This document shows, one piece after another, positions 1 through 13,500 of a stretch of DNA of 64,000 nucleotides. This DNA comes from the human T2T-CHM13v2.0 reference genome, Homo sapiens. The translations under genes and the position numbers were made by a program. Numbering within the stretch: the first letter of the stretch is position 1; each line of letters begins with the position of its first letter. Location: assembly GCF_009914755.1 (NCBI RefSeq), contig NC_060934.1. One strand, written 5' to 3'. The notes under the pieces are model-generated. The model did not search any database. It was given only the letters and a program-made list of their open reading frames with translations, and was not told the DNA's origin.

Positions 1-1341
1 AAAGTCAGTGATAAATAGGGTAATAAGACATGGACAGATTCCATTATCTGTATGCACTCATCATGGGGAGATGTAAGGAGGCCAACAACACATCATGTTT
101 AACAGATTTATCAGCCTTATTTTGAGATTTGGTATGAGGGGAAGAATTTTTTAAAAGATTTACTTGGAAGACTTCATTCTCAATCTACACGGCTATCCTT
201 TCTTTTAAGTTCATAAATGGATAGTAAGAGGTATGTCCCCACCCTGAGTTCCAGCTCTACACACATCTTCAAAAAACTCTTCTTCAGTAGATAATGGAAT
301 TTTTTCCCATGATGCACAGATGGCTAATTCCCAAGGCTGTCTTCACACAGATACTTTTTCTTCATTTCCTCCTAAAACTAAAAATTACTTTAAAAATTTT
401 TTTTCAAGACCATGTTTCCAGTAGTGCTTGTTTTTCTTATAAGGTGAGAAGAAAGGCCTTCCTTTGGCTATCTCCCTCAAAATAATTCAATTAGGAATAC
501 AGAACATTAAAGAGAATCCTTAAATGTCAATATGCCTTTTTGTTTAATTTTCATCTGTATGTAAAACCACGAGAAGTATGCCATCAAATTTTCCAGCACT
601 GTGCAAACTTACAGTGAATAAAAAAAAAATAAGGTAATGTATTTTATTCCTTTATTATTTCAAAAAGCAAGACAACGAGTTAACAATAACATGACACCAA
701 GTATCATATGGAAAAGTGGAAAAGTGCCCAATCACTTTAATTAGGTTTATAAACAAAAATACAAGACATCAAGTCAGATAATCAGGAACAAAACAAGCTT
801 CATCTCCCTCATATGACCTCAGAATAATCAGTAATATTGTGTATCCCTTTTCACCCTGGAAAATAAGTCCTTCAAATTCCCTTTCTATGGCTTATATAAA
901 GCCTGATGTGCTCCCCAAGGTTTCTGTAAATCACCATAGGCTTACATGCTCAGGGAGCTAAGCTGCAGCTTCTATCAAAGCAGTTCAGTTTACGGAGTAT
1001 CACAGCATTCCGCAGAGCAGCATCCATATGTACAAGTCAGCTCTTTTCCATGACTCACACAAAATAAAACTTGGTGTTCGAAGTTTTGAGGAAGGAAATA
1101 TACATGATAGAATGCAAACTTAAGATTATCCATTAAAAACTCTTGTTCTTATAGGCCACTCCAGCCATTCCCCTAGGGGATAACATGCTGTGTCATCCCC
1201 TTTCTGTTGTTCCTTTCTTCTCCAGTTTCCCCCCATTCTGCCCTCCCCAAAAGAAAGTCTGAAGCCACTAGTTGACAATTGTTGTTTTCCTTGATGTGGT
1301 CTTTAATTTAGCTCCATATTGTAAGAGTTTATAATCTAAAT

Positions 1342-1567
1342 CAGTGTTTGTCAAACTTTCTTTTTAGCAGAGGAACCTTTTGAAAAGTGAAATTGTACAC
1401 CAAACTCTAACATATGACTAAGAGAGTAGAGTTGCTGTTTGAAGTGGAGGCAGGGAGTGAACTTGGAGACTTCCCTTCAGCCTCATCATCTACCTCTCTT
1501 GTCTAATGGCTCCCAGTCACTCACTGAAAGATCAGGTCTTCATATCATCAAGTTTGAAAAATATTGA
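1342..1567 (+). mobile_element. hAT-Charlie MITE, MER112-like
   Basis: CAGTGTTTGTCAAACTTT...AGCAGAGGAACC start and AGTTTGAAAAATATTG end resemble the family TIRs. Confidence 0.55.
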
Positions 1568-2249
1568 ACTACATACAGAATAAGAAGAAACTGCCAAATT
1601 AGGTACTTTTTTGTATTTAAGAAATAAGAGAAGATGAATCAAAGTTGACCTAAAAATTATGTGCCCGTTACACTGGGAGAAAGATAACACCACTGATAGA
1701 AATCAATAAATTGGGAAAAGCATACATTACGTTTAGTGTCATAATTAGTAATCTATAAATGTGGATTTATTTCATAATGCAATTAGATGAAATGCATATA
1801 AAGATGATGACTTATGAAATGACAAAGAATTCTAAAGCTTATCATAAAACTTAAGCATTTTCAAATGAATAATAAATGGCCATATTCATCAATGCCTCCC
1901 AGTATTATAATTACACATTTTTAATTAAATCTCTGTTGATATAGGATAAGCTAAATTAAATTTCAACATCTAACTATAAAGAAAGGGACTATTTATAATT
2001 ACCCACAAAATAGCTTCTACTTGTTATACTTTGCCAAAGAGAATGATTATACTTTTTCCTATCTTTCAGTAAACCTTCTATATAGCTTATAGCTGTCTTT
2101 CCAGAAGGAATCTAAGTTTTTTATAAATTGAAGACAACTAACTTATATGAGGAAGAGAATGAAACTAACGTTTATTACATGCCTACCATAGGCGAGGCAC
2201 TGTGCTGATGCTTTTATATTACCAGTTTTCAATTCACACTACATACTAA

Positions 2250-2560
<311 letters not shown>

Positions 2561-3929
2561 AGGAATCTTTTTACAAAACATTTTGATTCATGAGTGTATC
2601 CTCCAGAGATTCAGATTTAATTGGTCAAAGGTGGGGGCCTTCACTTGAGAAATTTTTAAGCCTCTCATGTGATAATAATGTGCAGCCAGGATTGAAAATC
2701 ACAATTTTATATACTTTATCTCATGTCATCATCAAAACAATCTGACCAGGTAATTATATTATTCCTTTTTTCAGATAAGAAACTGGAATTTCAGAAAGGT
2801 TGTGAAATTTGCCCCAGGGCATAGAGAAGGTATCAGAGTTAGAATTTAAATTCAGAGTTCTCCGACAGCAGCGATCTTTCTAACCTCCACTTTGTCAAAT
2901 TCAAAACACCAGAATTATTAGTGTGAATTTAGAGTAGATTTCTATATTTTATTTTACTCCTGGCTTCAAGAGGTGGTGGAGTAAAGTATGTTTTACCTTA
3001 ATTTGCTAGCAAAACACAATATTCTTTATTGAACTAATTAAGCTGTTACTCAAAATGAAGTTGCTTTGTATTTTATAACATAAAGTATGGAATATTTTCT
3101 CCCTTTCAAAATGTTCCTTTTTTTCATAGGTACACTATTTAAAAATTATTGATTTTAGAGTTTCTTATCAGAGATAAGAAGGAAAATGCAATGTAAAAGT
3201 ATTCAAGGAACAAAAAGTAGATTATATTTGCCAACCATTTTATTTTGTCAACCACCTTTAAGGGAGAAAGGTAATTTCTTATAAAATATAATTATTTGTT
3301 AAACAGCAGCCAAAATTAAACAGAATTCTCAATTAAAAAAAACTTTGTTTTACAAACTATATCCAATGTATAAGTATTTTAAAATATAAATACATTTCAA
3401 TATTTTATTTAAACTTTAAACAAGCCTATACATATTATAAGTTAATTTAGGAATGTTTTATAACTTTTACGATAAGAGTAAAATGTTAGCATGTAATTTC
3501 AACTGTCAAGCTGAAAATAAATATATGAATAACCTGCATTCTATTACTTTTCATCTTAAAATATATCGTTAATGGGCTTTTTTTTAAGTCATACCAAAGG
3601 TGATATTACCAACTCCCTAAGGACAACGAATTCTGCTAAACTAGAATTCATATTTCAGGGAGGAGATGGATAACATCTCACAATTCAACTTCAGCAGGAG
3701 TCATTAAGTCAGACACCTATGTGAGGGCTGTATTTCTCATTGAATTACAAATCCAATAAGAGCTTTGCCTTTGAATTACTAGCACTACAAAGATTAAATC
3801 AATATACTGTGAAAAAAGGAAAAACCCTTGGATGCTTGAAGATTAGAATAAAACGCATGAATTTTTTAGCTCAAATGGACAACCATAGAAGTCATTAATC
3901 CTACTTTTTCATTATACAAACCCGCTACA

Positions 3930-4521
3930 CGGCTTTTGCAGAGGTCCCCCTTTCATTCTTCACCCCTCCAATCCTATAGCGACTGCACTCAGTTTAATGT
4001 CCCAAAATGTTCATATGAGCTGTATGGCCCAGCATGACCCCTACCTTGCCTACCTGCCTCCCAGTCTCATCTAACACTATATGCCCCCTCAATCTCTGAA
4101 CTGAAGCCACTCAGTTCTTTCCAGAATTCACGGGCACTGAGCTCTTTTCCCCAGGAGGATGTCTGTGTAAACTGTTATCTTTTTAGGAATGTGTTTTTTC
4201 ATCTTCACCTCCTACTTCTCCTGGATAACATCTACCTTATCCTTTTGGCCTCTAACATAGAGAGGTTTTCTACATCACCTCTTTCCCTTTAAATTCAAAT
4301 TGTTTCTCTTTTTTAGCACCCTGTATATTTCTTTCATTTCTACTCCATTCGTAATTACGTATTAATTTAGAGGACTACTGTTTATGTCTATGTTACCAGT
4401 AGGCTGTTGGCTTCCCAAGAACAAGAAGCATGTCTCTTTAGTTCATTAATATATCCTCAGCACTTTTACAATGCCAGGTGCATAACAGAAGCTCAATAAA
4501 TATTTATCAAATGAATGAATT
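3930..4521 (+). mobile_element. L2 3' fragment
   Basis: Ends GCTCAATAAATATTTATCAAATGAATGAAT, the L2 3' terminus. Confidence 0.7.
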
Positions 4522-5022
4522 AACTGGATACTAAGGAAGAGAGGTAAAGAGCAGAAGCTCTAGAGTCAGGCTGCCTTGGTGCCATCATTAATTCAACTAC
4601 AAAGTGGTTGTTAATTCTTTTACCTTTAAAGTTAGCATTTTAACTAGCTACTTAGAGAATTGTTGTAATGATTACATGACAATAAGTAAATTATCTAGTA
4701 CAGGCCAAAGAAATGTTAAGTTATCATTAATAATTACCGAGATATAATGTGTCATTAATGTATTATTTAAAATATACATGTATATACTATGTATATGTGT
4801 TTGTATTAATATATGTGTGTGTGTGTGTTTTACATTCATTCTTCTTTTAGTTACCAAATAATCCTATTATGTAGATTGGGATATGTTGTTTATTCATTTT
4901 ACAGATGAAAATACAGATTGTGTTATAATTGTTTTATCCATGATTGGCTTCCATCTTCTTTATCAGTACTTTTTTTCTAAGTTTTTCTAGCATAAAGTAA
5001 AACTTACTAAGTTTGGCATCCT

Positions 5023-5060
5023 GCATTGGTGTTATAATGGTTAGCATAGCTGCCTTCCAA
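5023..5060 (+). pseudogene. Tailless retrocopy of the 5' half of tRNA-Gly(TCC)
   Basis: GCATTGGTGTTATAATGGTTAGCATAGCTGCCTTCCAA matches the recalled tRNA-Gly-TCC 5' end at 35/38 and stops just after the TCC anticodon. Flanked by AAGTTTGGCATCC (5009-5021) and AAGTTTGTCATCC (5060-5072). Confidence 0.88.
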
Positions 5061-5094
5061 AGTTTGTCATCCCTAGGTCATTTGTTACTGCGTT

Positions 5095-6356
5095 CAGAAG
5101 TGTTCCCTTCTCTTCAATTTTTAGAAGAGCTTGAGAAGGATTGGTATTAATTCTTCTTTAAGTATCTAGTAGAATTCACCAGAGAAGCTATCTGATCTTG
5201 GGCTTTTCTTTGTTGGGAAGTTTTTGATTACTGATTCAATCTCTATACTAGTTACATATAATGATCAGATTTTTTATTTGTTCATGATTCATTCTTGGCT
5301 AAGTTGTATGTTTCTAGACATTCAGCCATTTCTTCTGGGTTATCCAATTTGTTAGTGTAGAATTGTTCACAGTAGTCTTTTAAGATCCCTTCTATTTCTG
5401 TTGTATCAGCTGTCATGTCTACTCTGTCATTTATAATTTTATTTGAGTCTTTTTTTCTCTTACTTTTGCTAGTGGCTTGCCAATTTTGTATCTTTTCAAA
5501 AAAACCATCTCTTAGTTTCAATGATTTTTTTCTATTATTTTTCTATGTTCTCTTGTATTTATTTTTGCTCTAATCTTTACCATTTCTTTCCTTCTACTAA
5601 CTTTGGGCTTAATTTGTTCTTCTTTTTCTACTTATTTGAGATGCAAAGTTAGATTATTTACTTAAAATCTTTCTTCTTTTTGAATGTCAACAGTCATGGA
5701 AACTTCCCTCTTAGTACTGGTTTTGCTGCATTGCATTCCATGAGCTTGGTGTGCTTTGTTTTCAATTTCATTAGTCTCAAAATATTTTCAATTGCTTTAG
5801 ATTTATTCTTTAACTTGCTGTTTATGCAAGAGTATATTGTTTAATTTCAACATACTTGTGAATTTTCCAGTTTTTCTTCTGCTACTAATATTTAATATTT
5901 AGTTTCATTCAACTGTGGTCAGAAAAAAAAAATACTTGGTAAGATTTCAATCTCCGTAAATTTGTTGATACTTGTTTTGTAACCTAACATGTAGTCTATC
6001 CTGGATAATATTCTGTGTGCATTTGAGAAGAATGTATATTCTGTTGTTTTTGATGGAATGTTCTGTCCATGTTTTTTTAGTTGCATTAAGTCTAAAGTAT
6101 TGCTCAAGTCTGCTGCTTCCTTATTGATATTTTGTCTGTATGTTCTACTCATACTGAAAGTAGGATAGTAAAATATCCTACTGTTATATTATATTGCTAT
6201 CTAGCTTTTCCTTCAGTTCTGTTAATATTTGCTTTACATACTTAGGTGCTCTGATGTTGGGTACATATATTTATAGTTGCTGTATCTTCCTAATGAATCA
6301 ACCCTTTTATCACTATATAATGTCCTCCTTTCTCTCTTAGTACAGTTTTTGACTTC
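5095..6356 (-). mobile_element. Old L1M ORF2 fragment (EN to pre-RT)
   Basis: Track ORFs 5282..5521 and 5919..6152 are decayed ORF2 peptides (TTEYTFFS, RIDYMLG). Confidence 0.85.
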
Positions 6357-6587
6357 TGTAAAACATAGTACTATAAGTCCTAGTTAGAGCAATTAGGCAA
6401 GAAAAAGAAATACATAGCATCCAAATTTAAAAGGAAGAAGTTAAATTGTCTCTGAAGATGACATAATCTTACATGAAGGAAATTATAGAGACTACACACA
6501 TGCAAACACACACACACACAAATACACCAATGTTAGAACCAACAAAACGTATCAGTAAAGTTGCAGAGTACAAAATCAACATACAAA

Positions 6588-8199
6588 TAAGTATATCTGC
6601 CATGAATTAAGCTCATGTGCAAACATGTGTAATTACTGGTCTTGTGTCATCTAGACTACTTTAAAAAAGGTGAAAAAGGTCCTGTTTAGTTCCGAAAGGG
6701 AGAAGGCAGCCCCTCCTGTATGAGTGGAAGCTACAACCCCTTGAAATTAATAATTACAAATCCCTTAAACCCAAGGTAGAAAAAAGGAGAACACATATCT
6801 CTGGGCATCAATAGGAAAAGACTAGGTCCTACAGTAAATATCTTAGTAAAAGAGGAGGTTTGTAAACTCTCTCCGGAACCAGTATTTCAGACTTTCTATG
6901 ATGAACTAAATGTGCCAGTACCAGAGACTCTAGGAAAAACCAGGAATTTGTTTTTGCAATTAGCCGCGCATGTAGCCCAGTCTCTAAATGTCACTTCATG
7001 TTATGTTTGTGGAGAAACTGTAATAAGAGATCAATGGCCATAAGAAGCCCAAGAATTAGTGCCTACAGAGCCAGTTCCTGATGAATTCCCAGCCCAAAAA
7101 AATCACCCTGATCATCTCTAGGTTCTAAAAGTCTCAATTATTGAACAATATTGCATAGCTAGAAAAAGGAAAGAATTCACTCATTCTGTAGGAGGACTTA
7201 GTTGTCTGGGGCAAAAACTGTATAACAGTACCACAAAAAAAGCAGTTATATGGTGGAGTTCAAATTACATAGAAAGAGATCCTTTCAGTAAATTTCCAAG
7301 GTTGCAGACTGTCTCGGCCCACCCAGAATTCCACCGGGACTGGACTGCCCCCACCGGGTTATACTGAATATGTAGACATAGAGCCTACACTAAGCTGCCT
7401 GACCAGTGGACAGGTAGTTGTGTTACTGGCACTATTAAACCATCTTTCTTCCTACTGCCCATAAAAACAGGCAAACTCCTGGCTTCCCTGTCTATGCTTC
7501 CCGCGAAAAATGAAGCATAGCCATAGGTAATTGGAAAGATGATAAATGACCTCCAAAAAAAAAATTATATAATACTATAGGCCTGGCACTTAGACACAAG
7601 ATGGCTCATGGGAATACTGGACCCCCATTTACATGCTCAACTGAATCATACGGTTGCAAGCTGTTTTAGAAATCATCCCTAATAAAACCGGTCAAGCTTT
7701 GACTATTCTGGCCTGGCAAAAAACTCAGATAAGAAATGCTATCTATCAAAATAGATGGGCTCTCGACTACTTGCTAGCAGCTGAAAGAGAGGTCTATAAG
7801 AAATTTAACCTTACTAATTACTGTCTACACATAGATAATCAAAGGCAAGTAGTTAAAGACATAGTTAAAAATATGACAAAACTGACACATGTGCCCGCAT
7901 AAGTGTAGCACGAATTGGACCCTGAAGCCATGTTTAAAAATCAGTTCCCAGCACTAGGAGAACTTAAAACTCTTATAATAAAAGTTATGATAGTAATAAG
8001 AACCTACTTACTGCTTCCTTGCTTGCTACCTGTACTTCTTCAAATGATAAAAAGCTTCATCGCTATCTTAGTTCACCAAAATGCTTCAGCACAAGTGTAC
8101 TATATAAATCACTATCAATCTATTACAAAAAAAAAAAGTAACAAAAATAAAAGTGAGAACTCCTACTAATAAAAAAGTGAGAGCCTCAAAGGGGGGAAA
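6588..8199 (+). mobile_element. Harlequin/HERV-E-type ERV internal remnant (defective env SU-TM plus PPT)
   Basis: ISD-like [13 protein letters not shown], decayed CX6CC ([10 protein letters not shown]), transmembrane stretch, many stops, polypurine tract AAAGGGGGGAAA at 8188-8199. Confidence 0.85.
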
Positions 8200-8681
8200 G
8201 GAGGGAAGAGAGAGACCCTCTCATATTGTTTTATATTGTTTTATACTCAGTACCTGTTTTTAAAAAAAACAACAAGGAAGTAAAACCAAAGACAGGCAGC
8301 CCAGAGCCAGGCCTGAAACCAGGCCTGGGCCTGCCTGGCCTAAACCCAGTAGTTAAAAATCAACTCATAACTTAAAAATCGATGTTATTCACAGATTCCA
8401 GACATTGTATAGAAGAACACTGTGAAACTCCCTGCCCTGTTCTGTTTCTCTCTGACCGCCAGCGCATGCAGCCCCTGTCGTGTACCCCTTGCTTGCTCAA
8501 ATCAATCACAACCCTTTCATGTGAAATCCTTAGAGTTGTGAGCCCTTAAAAGGGACAGGAATTGCTCACTCGGGGAGCTCGGATTTTAAGGCAGTAGCTT
8601 GCCGATGCTCCCAGCTGAATAAAGCCCTTCCTTCTATAACTCAGTGTCTGAGAGGTTTTGTCTGCGGCTCGTCCTGCTACA
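8200..8681 (+). mobile_element. 3' LTR, LTR2B
   Basis: Begins (T/G)GAGGGAAGAGAGAGACCCTCTCATATTGTTTTATATTG directly after the PPT, contains AATAAA, and ends CCTGCTACA. Confidence 0.85.
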
Positions 8682-9721
8682 AAGGAATCATACTTCTGGA
8701 TTTCAAAAAAGATTACAAAGCTACACTAATTAAGACAGTATGGTACTAACATAAAGACAGACATACAGACCAATGGAACAGAATAGAGAGCCCAGAAATG
8801 AATCCACATGTTATTTATCAATTAAAAATGAAATTAAAAATGTTTTAAAAATCTACATGTGTAAAGTCAACTAATCTTCAACAAGGGTGTCAAGAATACA
8901 GAATGGGGAAAAGGTAGTTCCTTCAACAAATGATGCTGGGAAAACTGAATATCCATATACAAAAGAATTAATTTGGACCTTTACCTTACAACATATACAA
9001 AAATCATCTGAAAATGGATTAAAGACTTAAACATAAGACCTGAAACTGTAAAATTCTTAGAAAAAAATAGGGGAAAAACTTCATGACATTGGATTGGCAA
9101 TAATTTCTTGGGTATGACTCCAAAAGCATGAGCAACAAAAGCAAAAATAGAAAAGAAGGATTATATTAATCTAAAAATTTTCTACACATCAAAGGCAACA
9201 ATTGAGAGAGAAGACACAACCTATAGAATGGAAGGAAACATTTGCAAATCATACATCTATCTGATAAGGAGTTAATATCTAAAACAGATCAGTAATTCAA
9301 GCAGCTCAATAGCAAGAAAACAAATAACCCAATAAAAAAAATGGCAAAGGACCCAAATAGACATTTCTCAAGAGAAAAAATACAGATACTCAGAGTATAT
9401 GAAAAAATGTGCAACATCACTAGTCATCAGGAAAATGAAATCAAAACCAGGAGATATTACCTTACATCTGTTAGGAAAGCTATTATCAATAAACAAAAAA
9501 AGATCACAAATATTGAGGAGGATGTGAAGGAAAAGGAATGCTTGTACACTATTGATATAAATGTAAAATGATGTCACAGCTATGGAAAGCAGCATGGCAT
9601 TTCCTCAAAAAAATTAAAAATAAAAATACTATATGATCCAGCAATCCCGCATTTGGGTTTATACATGAAGAAAATAAAAAGTAGCTGGAAGAGATATATG
9701 CACTCTCATATTCATCACATC

Positions 9722-10023
9722 TTTTTTTTTTTTTTTTTTTTTGAGACAGGGTCTTGCTCTGTCCCCCGGGCTGGAGTGCAGTGATGTAATCATGGCTCAC
9801 TGCAGCCTCGACCACTTGGGCTCAAACAATCCTCCCACCTCAGCCTCCCTAGAGCTGGGACCACAGGGGTGTGCCACCACACCCAGTTAATTTTTATATT
9901 TTTTGTAGAAACGGGGTTTTGCCATGTTCCCCAGGATGGTCTTAAACCCTGGGCTCGAGAGGTCTCCCTGCCTCAGCCTCTCAAAGTGCTGGGATTACAG
10001 GTGTGAGCCACTGTGCTCGGCCT
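9722..10023 (-). mobile_element. Alu (AluJ)
   Basis: Reverse Alu with J-type features (ATCATGGCTCACTGCAGCCTCGACC). Confidence 0.92.
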
Positions 10024-10559
10024 CACGGCATCATTATTTACAATATCCAAGATGTTTAAACAACCTAAATGTTCATCACCAGGTGAATGGATAAAAAATA
10101 TGTGGTATATACATACAATGAAATATTATTCTGTATTGAAAAACAAGGAAATCTTGCACTGTGACAACATGAATGAATTCTTGAGAACATTATGCTAAGT
10201 GAAATAAGCTAGTCACAGAAGAACAAATACTGCATCATACCACTTATATGAGGCATATGAAATAGTCAAACACAGAGAAGCAGAGGGTAGAATGGTGGGT
10301 GCTAGGGGATTGGGGAGGGAGAAATGGAAAGTTGCCATTCAACAGGTATAAAGTTTAAGATATGCAAAACAATTTAGTTATAGAGATATGTTGTCCAACA
10401 TTGTGCCTCTAGTTTTCATTTGATATATTGTTCACTTAAAAATTTGTTAAGATTGTAGTTCTCTTATTGAGTGCTTTTGTCACAATAAATAAATTAAAAT
10501 AAATAAAAGTAGTAATCTCTGAAGATCAAGAGAGAAGAAATAACAAAAAAGTAAAAATA

Positions 10560-13500
10560 TGAATAAAAATACACTTCTTTCTTCAGTTTTCTAAATTATG
10601 TTTGATAGTTGAAGCAAAAATTAAAACAGTCTTATGTGTTTCTCAATATACATAAAACAAATATTTAATATATTTATATAATAAATGAGTGAGATAAAAT
10701 TACATAAAGGGTTCTACATTTTCCTCAAACTGGTAAAATGTCAACTTTATTAAATTATGATAATTATGTGTATATAATGCCATACCTCGATAAACTACTA
10801 AAATAGCTATATAAAGATATATACTCAAAAATACTATAGACACATCAAAAAAGAATCTAAAGTGTATTCAAGTAACTGACAAAAAGTCATGAAAAATAAA
10901 TTAAAAACAGAGGGAACAAACAGAAAACAAATTAGATGGATAGGTAGATAGATTAGACATAATCCTTACCACATCAATAATTACTTAATATACATGGTCT
11001 AAATACACCAATTAAAAGACAGAGGTTAGCAGAACAGATTAAAGACCTAACTCAACTACATGCTATCCTTAAGAAACTTACTTCACACATCATGATACAG
11101 GTATATTAAAAGTAAAAGAGTGGAAAAAGATAAACCATGCAAACATTAATCAAAAGAAAGTAGCTTTATTAATATCCAGTAAAGAAGACTGCAAAGACAG
11201 AAAATTACTCAGGAGAGAGGGAGACATTACATAATATTAAGAGTCAATCCTTCAAGAAGACATAGCTAGCCTAAATGCGCATGTACTTAACAACAGAGCT
11301 ATAAATATAGATGAAGCAAAAACTGACAAAGCTGAACGGAAGAGTGGACAAATTCACAGTTATAGCTGTAGACTTCAACATCCTTCTCTCAACAATTATA
11401 AGAACAACTAGACAGAAAATCAGCTAGGATATAGAAAAATTCAACAATACCATCAACCAACAGATTCTAGTCAACATTTTATAGAACACCTTACCTAACA
11501 ACATTATTTTTAAGTTTTTCAAGTTTTCAAATTTGTTTTAAATTTTTCAACAAATTCCCAAGACCACGAGTGGGACAAGGAAATATCCTACAGGCAGCAA
11601 AGGACAATAAGGGTAAATACATATTATTTTTAAGTGCCCATTAAACTATATTAAGATAGACCATATCCTGGGCCATAAAATAGCCTCAATATATGTAAAA
11701 AAAATTAGTCACAAAGAGTGTGTTCTCTGCGCACAATCAAATCAAAATAGAAAATTGATTATTGAAAGACAACAGGAAAATCTGCAAAAGAGAAAACATT
11801 CCAGCTCTCACTGGGCTTGAGTTTTTAAAAAAAGAGGCAGAGAAACAGAAAATATCTCACATCAGTAATCTAATCATCTATCTCAAAAATCTAGAAAGAA
11901 AGCATGAAATACACCCAAAGTAAGCAGAAAGAAGAAAATAATAAAGAACACAAATAAAATTGAAAATGAAAATCGAGAAATTCAATGAAATAAAAAAGCT
12001 TCTCTTTGAAACTATCAAGATAAAATGTTAAAATTCTAGAAAAATTAACAAAAATAAAAGAGAAGATACAAATTTTTAAGACCAGGAATGAAACAAGGAA
12101 ATATCCTACAGGCATCAAAGCACAATAAGGGATTATACAAACAACTTTAACATGTAAGTTTGACAAGTTAGATGAAATAAACCAATTCCTTCAAAAGCAA
12201 AAGCTATCACAACTAACTCAACATGCAACAGATAATTTAAATAGCTCTATAATTATTAAGGAAGTGGAATTCATAATATAAAAACTCCTGGAAAAGAAAT
12301 CTCCATCCCCAGATGGTTTTCTTGGAGAACACTGCCAAATATTTAAACATATGTAACACCTGTTCTACCCAACCTTTCTAGAAGATAAAAAAAGAGGGAG
12401 TACTTTCCAATCAATTTTATTACTACCATGATACCAAAAACAAAGATATTATAAGAAAACTGCAAATTAATACTCTTCATTAATAGAGATGAAAATATTT
12501 CTAATAAAATATTAACAAATAGAATTCATCCATATGTAAAATGAATTGTATACCATGACCAAGTAAGATTTATTCCAGGGATGCAAGGCTAGTTTGATAT
12601 TTGAAAATCAATGTAATCTACCATATTAACAAACTAAACAAGAAAAATCATATGATTATGTAAATTGATGCAGAAAAGGCATTTATCTGACAAAATTCAA
12701 CACCCATTTATCACACAAACTCTCCAAAATCTAGAAACAGAGAAGAACTTCTATATCTTGATTTTTAAAAATCTATCAAAAAGAGATCTAAAGCTAACAT
12801 TGTATTTAATGGCAAAAGACTGAAGGCTTTCCCCCTAAAATAGGCAACAAAGCAAGGATATCAGCTCTCACCACACTTACGCACCATATTTCTGGAAGTT
12901 CTAATCGGTGCAGTAAGGTATGAAAATTAAGTAAAAGACATACAGATTTAAAAGGAAGAAATAAAACTATTCCTACTATCTATACATGACATAATTTTCT
13001 ATGTAGAAAATCCCAAGGAATCCACCAAAACGACAATAATAACAATTCCTGAACTACTAAGTGATTTCAGGAGGGTTGCAGGATATAAGATAAACATACA
13101 AAAATCGATTTTACTTGTATATACTAATAACAGGTGAAAATTAAAATTAAAAATATAATAACATTTATAATACCTGAAAAATGAAACAATTAGGTATAAG
13201 TCTAATAAAACGTGTACGACTTCTATACTGAAAACTGCAAAATGCTGATGAAAGAAATCAAAGATCTAATTGAATGGAGAGACATCCTGTGTTCATGAAC
13301 TGGAAGACAACACAGTAAATATGTCAATTCTCCTAAATTGATATACAAGTTTTTATAATTCTTATAAAACCTAAGAAAAAATTTTAGACATTAAAAATTA
13401 TTGTAAAATATACATGGAATGACAAAGTAGCTAGGATAGCTAAAAACAACTTTGAAATAGGAAATTAATAGGAATAACTCTAAGTGATTTCAAGACTTAT

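Larger units (their letters stand above)
6375..10508 (+). mobile_element. Old L1 (L1MA9/L1MB-like) 3' part, interrupted by the ERV and an Alu
   Basis: RT-region sequence at 6375-6587 resumes at 8682 (GITLPDFK region) and runs through an L1MA-type 3'UTR to an A-rich tail. Confidence 0.8.

Noticed and set aside
5023-5060. Functional tRNA gene
   Set aside because: Only the 5' half is present; there is no B box, T arm or 3' acceptor strand.
7654-8169. env TM ORFs as a syncytin-like co-opted gene
   Set aside because: Multiple stops, destroyed furin site and CX6CC, and the 5' part is deleted.
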